Part shown: positions 17,025-26,955 of the stretch, piece after piece
Position numbering within the stretch: the stretch's first letter is position 1
Layout: every line of letters starts with the position of its first letter
Assembly (NCBI GenBank): GCA_964496095.1
Contig: CAZBWU010000002.1
Coordinates: 15,595 to 79,594, forward strand
Origin: an uncultured Gammaproteobacteria bacterium
GTDB taxonomy: Bacteria > Patescibacteriota > Patescibacteriia > Magasanikbacterales > GWA2-37-8
Direction of reading: 5' to 3'
Length of the DNA: 64,000 nucleotides
The notes under the pieces: generated by a model
The model's database searches: none
What the model was told of the DNA's origin: nothing
Seen by the model: the letters and a program-made list of their open reading frames with translations, nothing else
Position numbers and translations under genes: made by a program

Positions 17025-18845
17025 TTGCCCATTATGAATAATATAAGAAACTTCTGTATCATCGCTCATATAGATCATGGGAAGAGCACAATGGCTGACC
17101 GTCTTTTAGAATTTACCGGCACTGTGGAAAAACGAAACATGCAAGACCAGCTTTTGGATTCTATGGATTTGGAAAGAGAGAGAGGTATCACAATCAAACT
17201 AACACCGGTCCGGATGAACTACACTCTCAACTCAACACCGTATATTCTCAATTTAATTGATACTCCTGGCCATGTTGATTTTAATTACGAAGTTTCCCGT
17301 TCTCTAGCTGCGGTGGAAGGCGCCATCCTACTGGTTGATGCCAGCCAAGGAGTGCAAGCGCAGACTATCGGTAATTTGTATTTGGCGATTGAACAGAATT
17401 TAAAAATTATACCGGTAATCAACAAAATAGACATGCCAGCAGCCAATGTCGAAAAAACTAAAGCTGAAATCTTGCACTTAATAGGTTGCAATCCAGATGA
17501 AATAATTTTGGCATCAGGCAAAACGGGTCAAGGCGTCGAAGAAATTTTAAAAGCCGTTATTGAACGTCTTCCTCCCCCACCAGACACCAGCTCCCAAGCC
17601 ACTCGCGCTTTGATTTTTGATTCTATGTATAATGACTACAAAGGTGTCATCGCCTCTGTAAAAGTAGTCGACGGCGAATTAAAAAAAGGAGACAAAATAT
17701 TTTTAATTGGTACCAGAACTCCGGCAGAAATTTTGGAAGTCGGATACTACAAACCAAAATTCCAATCCACTCCCAAATTATTTAATGGTGAGATTGGCTA
17801 TGTAGTGACGGGTTTAAAAGATCTCAAAGATTGTCGTGTGGGTGATACCATTACCACTTTTACCAAAGATCAAGAAGAAAAAGATATTCATACTTTGGCT
17901 TTGCCTGGTTATAAGGAAGTTAAGCCGATGGTTTATGCGGGTATTTTTCCAAAAGAAGGCGACAACTACCAAATGCTTCGTGATGCCATTGATAAATTAA
18001 AACTAAACGACGCGTCGCTGTTTTATGAGCCTGAACATTCACTCGCTTTAGGTTTTGGTTTCCGCTGTGGCTTCTTAGGGCTATTACATTTGGATATTTT
18101 TCAGGAAAGATTACAGCGCGAATACGATTTAGAAATTATTATTACCGTACCGAGCGTGGCTTACCGAGTAATAGATACAAACCATAAAGAAAAAACCATT
18201 CACAGCCCCCAAGGCATGCCCGACCCAAATCATCTGGAGCAAGTTTTGGAACCTTGGATGAAATTAGACATCATCACCCCTAAGGCGTATGTGGGAAATG
18301 CGATGGGATTGGTCTCCGAACGCAAAGGAAAATATATAAATACAGAATATCTCAGTACCGACACAGACCAGCGTGCTATGTTGCATTATGAGATTCCTCT
18401 TGCCTCGCTTGTTACTGATTTTTATGATAAACTAAAAACCGTTACTTCGGGTTATGGCTCTATGAATTACGAATTTATGGAATACCAACCAACCCACGTA
18501 GTCAGACTAGATATTATGGTAGCCGAGGAACAAGTAGAAGCCTTATCAACTCTTGTTTGGGAAGACTATGCCTACAAAACAGGCAAAAAAATAGTTGAAT
18601 CTCTCAAAGATTCATTACCGAGACAGCAATTTGTCCTAAAAATCCAAGCTACTATTGGCGGAAAAGTTATCGCCTCCGACCGCTTGTCAGCGCTACGCAA
18701 AGACGTGATTGAAACCATGAGTGGTGGTGATTATACCCGTAAACAAAAACTATTACAGAAACAGAAAAAAGGTAAAAAACGAATGTTGGAACATGGAAAA
18801 ATAGATATCCCGCCGGAGACTTATTTGGCGGTTTTAAAGCGTTAA
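17025..18845 (+). CDS. lepA: Translation elongation factor 4 (LepA)
   Basis: G domain (AHIDHGKST, DTPGH, NKID), the LepA-specific C-terminal domain and a 606-aa length. Confidence 0.95.
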   Translation: MPIMNNIRNFCIIAHIDHGKSTMADRLLEFTGTVEKRNMQDQLLDSMDLERERGITIKLTPVRMNYTLNSTPYILNLIDTPGHVDFNYEVSRSLAAVEGAILLVDASQGVQAQTIGNLYLAIEQNLKIIPVINKIDMPAANVEKTKAEILHLIGCNPDEIILASGKTGQGVEEILKAVIERLPPPPDTSSQATRALIFDSMYNDYKGVIASVKVVDGELKKGDKIFLIGTRTPAEILEVGYYKPKFQSTPKLFNGEIGYVVTGLKDLKDCRVGDTITTFTKDQEEKDIHTLALPGYKEVKPMVYAGIFPKEGDNYQMLRDAIDKLKLNDASLFYEPEHSLALGFGFRCGFLGLLHLDIFQERLQREYDLEIIITVPSVAYRVIDTNHKEKTIHSPQGMPDPNHLEQVLEPWMKLDIITPKAYVGNAMGLVSERKGKYINTEYLSTDTDQRAMLHYEIPLASLVTDFYDKLKTVTSGYGSMNYEFMEYQPTHVVRLDIMVAEEQVEALSTLVWEDYAYKTGKKIVESLKDSLPRQQFVLKIQATIGGKVIASDRLSALRKDVIETMSGGDYTRKQKLLQKQKKGKKRMLEHGKIDIPPETYLAVLKR

Positions 18846-18871
18846 CGCAGATTTAAATAGACTACTTAGAT

Positions 18872-19303
18872 GTGTTCAAAAAAATAATATCACCCATAAT
18901 ATACACAGCTTTTATACCCGTAACATTTGTTGGTGTTGTAGGAATTATTAATGTCATCGCGCCAATTTTTGTATCATCTCTTAAAAGTACTTTTATTTTT
19001 GTAATGCCCCCCGTTATTATTATATTTGGAACATTCTTATACTGGACTGCTAATAAGTTAATTGCCAAACTAGAAAAACCATACACGCCAAAAATTGCCG
19101 ATCATTTTCGACAATCAGGACTACCCTATTTGATATTTTTCAGTATTCTTTCTGGAACGTTGCAAGCTTGGTATGGTGGATTTCACCATCCTCGTTTCAT
19201 ATATTTTACAGCTATAGCATTATTAATTTCTATTTTGGCAATTTTTATTAATGCAATTTTCCTATATAAACACAGGCAAGCTAACCCACCCACTAACATC
19301 TAA
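18872..19303 (+). CDS. Hypothetical polytopic membrane protein
   Basis: 143 aa with four hydrophobic segments. No recognisable domain. Confidence 0.35.
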   Translation: MFKKIISPIIYTAFIPVTFVGVVGIINVIAPIFVSSLKSTFIFVMPPVIIIFGTFLYWTANKLIAKLEKPYTPKIADHFRQSGLPYLIFFSILSGTLQAWYGGFHHPRFIYFTAIALLISILAIFINAIFLYKHRQANPPTNI

Positions 19304-19460
19304 CGTGCCTGCCAAAGCTAACTATTACTAACCTTGTTAAAATCTGTACTATGAAACATAAAACCATAAAAAGAATCTGGATTGTAATTTCTTTCATTGC
19401 TATTCTGGCGATGCTAGTTTTTTCTTTCCTACCCGCACTACAATACTAATTTTTAACAAA

Positions 19461-19538
19461 TGTCATTCTGAGCAAAGCGAATAATCCCTGTCCAACGAAA
19501 CAACCGGACAGAGATCCTTCACTGCGTTCAGGATGACA
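19461..19538. repeat. MITE/REP-like palindromic element copy E5, ending 5 nt before an ATG
   Basis: tgtcattctgagcaaagcgaataatccctgtcc ... ggacagagatccttcactgcgttcaggatgaca. The terminal AGGA may serve as an SD surrogate. Confidence 0.75.
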
Positions 19539-19543
19539 AATAT

Positions 19544-19945
19544 ATGTTAATTCTTCGTAAATACCAGCTAGATATCGTTTTTCTTTTTTTTGCCCTGCTT
19601 CTATTTATCGGCTTAGTTTTTTATTATCTAGGGCAAATGGGTGTAGACCCACACCAGTTTGAATGGTATGTGGCTGGGCCGCTAATTGTTTTATACTTTG
19701 CCTATATTTGGGAAATAAGAAATAAAATTAGCCTTGCCGACAGGAGGAGCCTGACAAGCAAAACTCTAGTCTATTGGATCATCTTTGGTATAATTCTTTT
19801 CATAAACTTTCAAACACCTCTAGCAGGCAAAGAATACCTAAGTATGTATGTGCTATTTATCATTTTTTCAATACTGCTGGCTGATTCATATTGGGATTTC
19901 AAAAAAATTAATTTAAAAAGTTTTTGGGATAAAAAAGAAAGATAA
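19544..19945 (+). CDS. Hypothetical polytopic membrane protein
   Basis: 133 aa with several TM helices. No recognisable domain. Confidence 0.4.
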   Translation: MLILRKYQLDIVFLFFALLLFIGLVFYYLGQMGVDPHQFEWYVAGPLIVLYFAYIWEIRNKISLADRRSLTSKTLVYWIIFGIILFINFQTPLAGKEYLSMYVLFIIFSILLADSYWDFKKINLKSFWDKKER

Positions 19946-19955
19946 ACTATAATCT

Positions 19956-21734
19956 ATGTTAAAAAGATGGAACATCCTCCCGCCACCTCCGGAAGAATTT
20001 ATAAACTCTCGCCCAGAACTACCAAGTATCATCACTCGCCTACTCTGGAACCGCAACCTACGCGATCAACAAAAAATAGACGAATTTCTCAACCCTGATT
20101 ATTCTCAAGATATTCATGATCCTTTTATATTTCAGGACATGGAAAAAGCGACTGATATTATTTTTGCGGCTATTGCTGAACAAAAAAATATTGTCGTCCA
20201 TGGCGACTATGATGCCGATGGTGTTTGCGCCTCAGCTATAATTATCGGCTGTTTAAAAAAATTGGGAGCCGAACATGTATCTGTCTTTATCCCTCATCGT
20301 GAAATAGATGGCTATGGATTAAACTTAAAAACAGTAGAGCTACTTCATAGCCAAGGAACAAACCTGATTATTACTTGTGATTGCGGTATTAGCAATTATA
20401 ACGAAGTCGTCTTAGCCAAAGAAAAGGGCATGCAAGTAATTATTACCGACCACCATGTGGTGCCAAGTCAAAAACCACCGGCCGACGCTATCATTCACCC
20501 CCTTGTACCTGGCGAACCTTACCCTGACAAAGGACTCTGTGGCGCAGCTGTCGGATTTAAACTAGTCCAGGCTTTGATCAAAAAATACGCCCGCACCAAC
20601 GCTGTACTGCCAGACGGACAGACCTTTGAAGGTTTTGAAAAATGGATGCTTGATCTAGTAGCAATTGCGTCTATTGGTGATATGGTGCCTCTCCTTGGAG
20701 AATCCCGCACTCTGACCAGATACGGACTAACAGTAATCAATAAAACAAAAAATATTGGCTTAAAAAAATTGTTAATAATGTCTGGCGTTGCTGATGAAAA
20801 TGGCAATCCAAAACGTGGAGCTTACGATGCCTACACAATGAGTTTCCAGGTCATCCCTCGTATCAATGCTGCGGGGCGCATGGATCACGCCAACTTCGCT
20901 TTTGCCTTACTTATGGCAACCGATGAGACTGAGGCCGAAAACTTAGCCTTACAACTCAACAAAAATAATTCTGATAGACAAAAACTGACCGAACAATATG
21001 TCAGCGAAGCTAGAAAACAAATCAAAGAAACCAAGCAAACAGAAAATCCCGTCTTGTTTGTGGTTGGCAAAGGTTGGCCAACTGGTATCCTCGGACTTAT
21101 CTCTGGAAAAATCAAAGATGATTATTACCGACCTTCGATTGTAATGGGTGAAGGTGAAGAAATTACCGGCTCTGGCCGTAGTATTAAAGAGTTTAACCTC
21201 ATCAGAGCGCTTCAAGAAATGCCTGAAGTATTTACAAAATTTGGCGGTCATCCCCAAGCTTGTGGCTTTACTTTAAGAAACAAAGAAACTCTAGAAGAGT
21301 TTAAAACTAAACTAACTGAAAAAGCGAGAGCTCAAACCACGAACGTAGACATGACACCACAAATAAATATTGATGCCGAGATTGATCTTGATGAAGTAAA
21401 CTGGAAACTATACGACTTGTTAGAAAAATTTGAGCCATTTGGCCAATGCAACGAAGAACCAAAATATGTGGCGCGAGGCGTCACAATGATAAATATAGAC
21501 CCAGTAGGACAGGACGGCAAACATTTACGCATCACTGTCAAACACAATTCTCATCTCGTGAAAAAAACTATCGGCTTTGGCCTTGGCGATAAAAAACGTT
21601 TTTCAGAAGACTGGAAGGAAAACTTAAAACCAGGAGACAAAATTGATATGGTATTTTCTATCAGCGTCAACCAGTGGAATGGGAATCGGGAATTACAACT
21701 GACTATTGAGGATATACAAAAATCCCCCGTGTAA
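19956..21734 (+). CDS. recJ: Single-stranded-DNA-specific exonuclease RecJ
   Basis: DHH motifs (VHGDYDADGVCASAII, ITDHH), a DHHA1 domain and a C-terminal OB-fold-like region; 592 aa. Confidence 0.85.
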   Translation: MLKRWNILPPPPEEFINSRPELPSIITRLLWNRNLRDQQKIDEFLNPDYSQDIHDPFIFQDMEKATDIIFAAIAEQKNIVVHGDYDADGVCASAIIIGCLKKLGAEHVSVFIPHREIDGYGLNLKTVELLHSQGTNLIITCDCGISNYNEVVLAKEKGMQVIITDHHVVPSQKPPADAIIHPLVPGEPYPDKGLCGAAVGFKLVQALIKKYARTNAVLPDGQTFEGFEKWMLDLVAIASIGDMVPLLGESRTLTRYGLTVINKTKNIGLKKLLIMSGVADENGNPKRGAYDAYTMSFQVIPRINAAGRMDHANFAFALLMATDETEAENLALQLNKNNSDRQKLTEQYVSEARKQIKETKQTENPVLFVVGKGWPTGILGLISGKIKDDYYRPSIVMGEGEEITGSGRSIKEFNLIRALQEMPEVFTKFGGHPQACGFTLRNKETLEEFKTKLTEKARAQTTNVDMTPQINIDAEIDLDEVNWKLYDLLEKFEPFGQCNEEPKYVARGVTMINIDPVGQDGKHLRITVKHNSHLVKKTIGFGLGDKKRFSEDWKENLKPGDKIDMVFSISVNQWNGNRELQLTIEDIQKSPV

Positions 21735-21762
21735 GCGGAGGATTTTTTAGTTTGAATTTGAA

Positions 21763-22071
21763 TTACTTCTTAATCTCTTTTTCCAACTCCTTCCATCTCT
21801 TCTTCAACTCTCTCACCAGCTGATTTTTCATCTCTACTGCCATATCTTTTTTGGCAGCATATTCTTCTACCGCTCTCTCAACTAGCGCGTCATACATTTC
21901 TTTTGTCGGACCATCCAATTTTTTTAGACTTTCTTTTAGTTGCGCAAAAAGGTCGTTAGCTTGCCCCATCATTTTTTCTCTCATTTCTTTACCTTTAGGG
22001 GTAGCGTTGAGCCACATAAGCGCCGCACCGACTAACCCTCCTAAAAAAAGTCCTTTATTAAAACGTCCCAT
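21763..22071 (-). CDS. YtxH-like small membrane-anchored protein
   Basis: 102 aa with an N-terminal glycine-zipper TM (GLFLGGLVGAALMWL) followed by a charged coiled coil, as in the YtxH family. Confidence 0.45.
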   Translation of the reverse strand: MGRFNKGLFLGGLVGAALMWLNATPKGKEMREKMMGQANDLFAQLKESLKKLDGPTKEMYDALVERAVEEYAAKKDMAVEMKNQLVRELKKRWKELEKEIKK

Positions 22072-22090
22072 ACAAATATAAGTTAATAAC

Positions 22091-22699
22091 TTAACTGACT
22101 AGAGTATTATATACCAAAGCGGTCTTAGCCGCAACCACTTCCAAATCATTCCACTCAGAATCCACCCAGTCGCCTTCCAGTTTTATTTCATCAATAACAG
22201 CCAGCTCCTTATCTTTGCCAATGTATCTTGAACCTCTAAAACTCGCAATCTCCTCCAAATTTTGACAAACCACAATATCGGCCACCTTAAATAATTTTGG
22301 GAGATAATAATGATTGTATAGTTTTATAAAAAGACTAAAAGAGTCTGTCCAAACCACATCTCGATGATAAGTAATGACAAGCGGAGTTTTTGGAGTAGAT
22401 TTTTTCCAATTTAAAATCTGACGAGAGGCTCCCAACAACGGACAATGCAGATGCACAATATCAAAGTCAGCCAGGCTATCCACCAAACCATTGGCGCCAG
22501 TGCTACTTATATAATTATGAACCGAAGGCGAATCTGATTTGATTTGATCTTTGATGGTTTTTGTTGGCCCGCCATATTGCAGAGTGAAAGCTTCGGTTTC
22601 TATTCCCATTTTATAAAGACCTTCAATCAATTTAAAAACTTCTGATCTAATATCATCAAAATACTCAAAAGCCGATGGGATAATATGTATGACACGCAT
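22091..22699 (-). CDS. Stand-alone GT4 glycosyltransferase N-terminal domain (truncated; possible pseudogene or split GT)
   Basis: 202 aa resembling only the Glyco_trans_4 N-terminal Rossmann half (MRVIHIIPSA...HLHCPLLGA). The C-terminal catalytic half is absent. Confidence 0.45.
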   Translation of the reverse strand: MRVIHIIPSAFEYFDDIRSEVFKLIEGLYKMGIETEAFTLQYGGPTKTIKDQIKSDSPSVHNYISSTGANGLVDSLADFDIVHLHCPLLGASRQILNWKKSTPKTPLVITYHRDVVWTDSFSLFIKLYNHYYLPKLFKVADIVVCQNLEEIASFRGSRYIGKDKELAVIDEIKLEGDWVDSEWNDLEVVAAKTALVYNTLVS

Positions 22700-22821
22700 A
22701 ACTAACTTGAAATAAATTTATAATGATTTTTGCAGCGGCAATCACCAACCCCTTCAGGGGTGGTCGTCCGCCTAAGCGAACGACCACTTTGCCACAAGAA
22801 AATTATTATAAATTTATAATT

Positions 22822-23643
22822 TTACTTTTTAACAACCACCAAATGCACATTTGGCGAAGGAATTATAGAAAAAACAATAGACTCTGTCGCTACCAAACTA
22901 TTAACTACATCCTTAAGCAACTTGAAAGCTCCCCCACCCTTCTTATCCAAATCATAAAAAAACTGCTCGTTGTTTACTTGTTCCAAATTGTTTTTCTTCG
23001 CGAATTTACTCATAGAAAAAAACGAGGCAATGCCTAATAACTGCCCCAAAACATGCTCACTATATCTAATTCTATCTTTGGTAAAACCAAAAGATTCAAC
23101 TAATTTTAATAATTCTTTCCGGCTAAATCGATTGATATGTCCGGCATATTTTTTGGTCAGATCCGTACCGATATCAAACTTTCGCAAAAAATTCCAAAAA
23201 GATAAAGAGTCGCCTTCACAAGGTACAAAAGAATAGAACCGACCACCAACTTTCAAAATTCTTTGCACTTCAGATATAATCGACCCCGGGTCTGTCACAT
23301 GCTCCAAAACATCATAGATTAACACCGCATCAAAAGCATTGTCTTCATAAGGAGCCATCTTCTCTTCACTCAAACCATAAATCACACCGTCGTTGCTTTT
23401 TTTGGCAAAATTTATAGCGTGCTGGCTAATATCACAGCCATAACAATTTAAGTCCGGTCTGATTCTTTTTATCTCTCTAATAAATTGTCCGGCACCACTA
23501 CCAAGCTCCAAAACCTTGGCTCCGGCTGGCAACCCAGATAAAGCTTGCAAACTTTGACGTAGCCGAAAACTAGTCGGCGAACTCAATCTCAAACTAGCGT
23601 CACCATAACCCCAGATGGACTTCTCGTAATCAAATTCGCTCAT
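22822..23643 (-). CDS. Class I SAM-dependent methyltransferase
   Basis: SAM-binding motif VLELGSGAGQF, acidic loop D/E and a 273-aa length. Confidence 0.75.
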   Translation of the reverse strand: MSEFDYEKSIWGYGDASLRLSSPTSFRLRQSLQALSGLPAGAKVLELGSGAGQFIREIKRIRPDLNCYGCDISQHAINFAKKSNDGVIYGLSEEKMAPYEDNAFDAVLIYDVLEHVTDPGSIISEVQRILKVGGRFYSFVPCEGDSLSFWNFLRKFDIGTDLTKKYAGHINRFSRKELLKLVESFGFTKDRIRYSEHVLGQLLGIASFFSMSKFAKKNNLEQVNNEQFFYDLDKKGGGAFKLLKDVVNSLVATESIVFSIIPSPNVHLVVVKK

Positions 23644-23672
23644 ATAATAAACTAATAATTAGCAATAAACAA

Positions 23673-24791
23673 CTAACAATCGACGATTTTTTTATAAACA
23701 TTTTCAAGCTTATCAATATGACCCTGCCAAGAAAATTCTTTTTTGACTTTTTCAATTTGCAAATCCCCAATTATTTTTTTCTCAGCAACTGAAAGTGATA
23801 AAACTTTTTTCAAAGCCTCGGCCGAGCTTTCTACAGACCCTCTCTCAAAAAAAACTACCCCTTCTACTTTATTTTTAAATACTGCTAAATTGCTTACAAC
23901 TATTGGTTTACCACAAGCCATAGCTTCTACCGCCACCAGTGAAAAAGATTCATAATCAGAAGGCACAGCCACACAACTAGCAACATTATAATACTGAGCC
24001 AATTTTAGCTTATCCTGACAAGAGCCCACAAAAATTACTTGCTTATCAACACCCAAATCTTTTGCAAGCTTCTGACAATTTTGGCTGTCATATCCCCCAC
24101 CGACAACTAGTAAAACCAAGTCTTTGTCATCTAGTAATTTCAGAGACCTGATAAGCAAATCCAGTCTTTTGAGTGGTAAAATATTACCAACAAATAAAAT
24201 TATTTTTTTATCTTGTAAACCCACCAAATCCAACTTTACTAGATCTACCAATTGTGGTTTAAAAATATCCAGATCAACACCATTATTTATTTCCACAATT
24301 TTATCCTTTGTAATATTTTGCAAAAGTTTGGAACCACGAAATGACGGGTCGACCAAAACAATCTTTCTGGCTTTGGTAAAAATTAATTTTGGCCAAATTA
24401 AATCATAAACTTTTTGAAACACCAATTTTAAACCTCTGGACTGCGCATCCATATGATAAGTTACAACCATTGGAATCTCTAAAAAAACTAACCATTCGGC
24501 CCCACCATAAAAGGGATAATGTAAATGAACTAAGTCAAAATTATTTTTTAACTTGCCCAAAATTTGTGGCACTAGACCCGCGTCCCCCATTTTTACCAAT
24601 GCTTTCAACCTAACTACCTTAAACGGGAACTGTGCGTCGTGTTCTTTATAATCACCTACATCGGGATAAGCTAAAGTAAAAACCGTAACTTCGTGTCCAC
24701 GTTTAGCAAGAGACATTGCTTCGTCGGCGCATACCGAGCCCATACCGCCAATCTGCGGAGCAAAAGTGGAAACTATATGGGCAACACGCAT
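23673..24791 (-). CDS. Glycosyltransferase family 4
   Basis: 372 aa with the GT4 N-domain (MRVAHIVSTFAPQIGGMGSV) and a C-terminal GT-B domain carrying an EX7E-like region. Confidence 0.8.
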   Translation of the reverse strand: MRVAHIVSTFAPQIGGMGSVCADEAMSLAKRGHEVTVFTLAYPDVGDYKEHDAQFPFKVVRLKALVKMGDAGLVPQILGKLKNNFDLVHLHYPFYGGAEWLVFLEIPMVVTYHMDAQSRGLKLVFQKVYDLIWPKLIFTKARKIVLVDPSFRGSKLLQNITKDKIVEINNGVDLDIFKPQLVDLVKLDLVGLQDKKIILFVGNILPLKRLDLLIRSLKLLDDKDLVLLVVGGGYDSQNCQKLAKDLGVDKQVIFVGSCQDKLKLAQYYNVASCVAVPSDYESFSLVAVEAMACGKPIVVSNLAVFKNKVEGVVFFERGSVESSAEALKKVLSLSVAEKKIIGDLQIEKVKKEFSWQGHIDKLENVYKKIVDC

Positions 24792-24792
24792 A

Positions 24793-25134
24793 CTATTTTA
24801 TTAAAGGCTTATCTTTTTCGTCCAAAGAAATTTTTCTAGTCAACTTGGTAATATCTCTATTCAACGTTTCAATTCTTACCATTAACTTAAAAATTATAAA
24901 AAATATAACTGCCAAAGCCACATAAACTACCAAATCAGCGCCACGAGTAATACCAACCATTTTTGCTAGAATAGATGTAGAATCCGGCAAAAGCACAACC
25001 AATATCGCTAACACCCAAAAAATAACCCAGCCTGCCATTCCCGCAGAACTCAAATCACCAGCCTGGAATCGACTAGCTACTTTAAACAAAGCAAATAAGA
25101 AAAAGATGACTAGCAATATTTGAATAAGAAACAT
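24793..25134 (-). CDS. DUF2304-like small membrane protein (GT2-associated)
   Basis: 113 aa with 3-4 TM helices (ILAKMVGITRGADLVVYVAL) and a charged tail. Sits immediately downstream of a GT2 gene, which is the usual context for DUF2304. Confidence 0.5.
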   Translation of the reverse strand: MFLIQILLVIFFLFALFKVASRFQAGDLSSAGMAGWVIFWVLAILVVLLPDSTSILAKMVGITRGADLVVYVALAVIFFIIFKLMVRIETLNRDITKLTRKISLDEKDKPLIK

Positions 25135-25140
25135 AAAATT

Positions 25141-25827
25141 CTATCTAAAAAATTTAGCTATAAAAATATCTTGTAAAACTTTTATTCCCCCGCTAACATT
25201 TTGTCCATACTCAAAATACTTTACTTCCACGGGATGCTCTACAAAAACTAAATTGTTTTCTTTTACTTGCCTAACAATTTCCGAATTGTGCGCCATGCGA
25301 TCTTGGGTAATATTTATTTTTTCCAAAGCTCGTCTGGATAAAATCCTAAAACCATTGTGCGCGTCGGTCAACTTAAGGCCGGTTAAAATCCTATTAATAA
25401 ACCGACTGATGGGCAAAAGAATATATCTTTTTGTCCAAGGAAGTTTTGATCTATTATCCAAAAACCTGGAACCAAAAACCACGTCAGCATTGTTTTTTTG
25501 CATCACCTCAATAGCCTCGGCAATATCACCAGGATTAAACTGCCCGTCAGCATCAAAATGGACAACCAAACTAGTATTTTTTAGCAAAGCGTACTCATTG
25601 CCAGTTTGTAGAGACGCGCCCTGGCCTCTATTTATCTCGTGACGTAAAACCACCGCGCCTGCCTCTTCAGCAATTTGCGCTGTACGATCTGTTGAACCAT
25701 CATCTACAACGACAATATTTTTATATCCTTTTTCAAAAAGGTCGCTTATGACGCGACCAATTTTTTTTTCTTCATTGTACGCTGGCACAATCACAAAAAT
25801 CATATTCCTTCTAGAAACCCCTACCAA
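25141..25827 (-). CDS. GT2 family polyprenyl-phosphate glycosyltransferase (DPM1/ArnC-like)
   Basis: IVPAYNEE...VVVDDGSTDRT and a DxD region; the 228-aa soluble GT-A fold is typical of polyprenyl-P sugar synthases. Confidence 0.8.
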   Translation of the reverse strand: MVGVSRRNMIFVIVPAYNEEKKIGRVISDLFEKGYKNIVVVDDGSTDRTAQIAEEAGAVVLRHEINRGQGASLQTGNEYALLKNTSLVVHFDADGQFNPGDIAEAIEVMQKNNADVVFGSRFLDNRSKLPWTKRYILLPISRFINRILTGLKLTDAHNGFRILSRRALEKINITQDRMAHNSEIVRQVKENNLVFVEHPVEVKYFEYGQNVSGGIKVLQDIFIAKFFR

Positions 25828-26833
25828 ACATCAAAGCCTCCTTGTTGGCAATAGTATAATCAATCGTTTTTTCCAAACCGTCTTGCAGACGCACTAACGG
25901 CATCCAACCCAACACATCCTTGGCATAAGCCAGGTCTGGGGCGCCTTTTCTAGTGAGAAACAACAGTGGTTTCTCAAACACAATTTTTGAAGAAGAATTA
26001 GTAGCGGCAATAATAGTATTAGCCACATCAACAATTTTTATTACTTTATCATCACCCAAATTTACAATCTGCACATCAGGAGTGCTGGCCATTAGTCGGA
26101 CCATACCATCAACTAGATCTGTAATATAGCAAAGAGATGTAGAAGAAGATTCATCTCCATTTATTACCAAATCTTTACCCATAAGCGAGTTTACAATAAA
26201 ATCAGGAATCATCTGACCTTCAAATAATTTCATGTGCGGACCGTAAGTAGTGAACACTCTCGCAATTTTGGCATCAATACCATAGACCTGACGATAAGTA
26301 GCCACACAAGTCTCGGCAAAACGTTTGCCCTCATCATAACAAGCGCGTGGTGACAAATGATCAACCAGACCCTGGTCACTTTCTTTAAAAACATATTTTT
26401 GATCTGTAGCATTACCATAGACTACCGAGCTTGATGTAAAAACATACTTAGCGTGATACTTAACTGCCAAATCCAAAGTGCTAATCATTGAAGAAGAATT
26501 CGCCCATAAAGATTTCATTTTTAATTTTTCAAAATCATTTGGGCTAGTCGGACAAGCCAAATGATAGATCTCTTGAATACCTTGAAATTTAACTTTAAAC
26601 TTATCTAATTCTTCAAATTTATCCAAATCAATCATTTGATTACTATCGCATTTGATAAACTCAAAATCAGGATATTGCAATAAGTGATTTATATTAGACG
26701 GCGAAGAATTGGAAAAGTCATCAAGACATATTACTTTAGCTTCTTTGAGTAATCGCTCACAAAGATGAGAGCCAATAAACCCAGCGCCACCGGTAACAAG
26801 GACGTTCTTTTTCTCAAAAATTAGAGTATCCAT
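25811..26833 (-). CDS. NAD-dependent epimerase/dehydratase (UDP-glucuronate decarboxylase / UXS-like SDR)
   Basis: VLVTGGAGFIGSHL Rossmann motif, a YxxxK catalytic region and a 340-aa length. Confidence 0.8.
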   Translation of the reverse strand: MDTLIFEKKNVLVTGGAGFIGSHLCERLLKEAKVICLDDFSNSSPSNINHLLQYPDFEFIKCDSNQMIDLDKFEELDKFKVKFQGIQEIYHLACPTSPNDFEKLKMKSLWANSSSMISTLDLAVKYHAKYVFTSSSVVYGNATDQKYVFKESDQGLVDHLSPRACYDEGKRFAETCVATYRQVYGIDAKIARVFTTYGPHMKLFEGQMIPDFIVNSLMGKDLVINGDESSSTSLCYITDLVDGMVRLMASTPDVQIVNLGDDKVIKIVDVANTIIAATNSSSKIVFEKPLLFLTRKGAPDLAYAKDVLGWMPLVRLQDGLEKTIDYTIANKEALMFGRGF

Positions 26834-26955
26834 ATGACGTAAATCCTAATTTCTAAAACCTTAAATACTAAAATTAAACACTAAAATTACAGTTGTAATT
26901 ATAGCATTTGCTATACTAATTGACAACATGATGCCTTCTCTAATATGCTAAACTT

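Noticed and set aside
19351-19449. 32-aa hydrophobic small ORF (MKHKTIKRIWIVISFIAILAMLVFSFLPALQY)
   Set aside because: Plausible small membrane peptide, but there is no SD and no conservation evidence is available, so it is too short to call from sequence alone.
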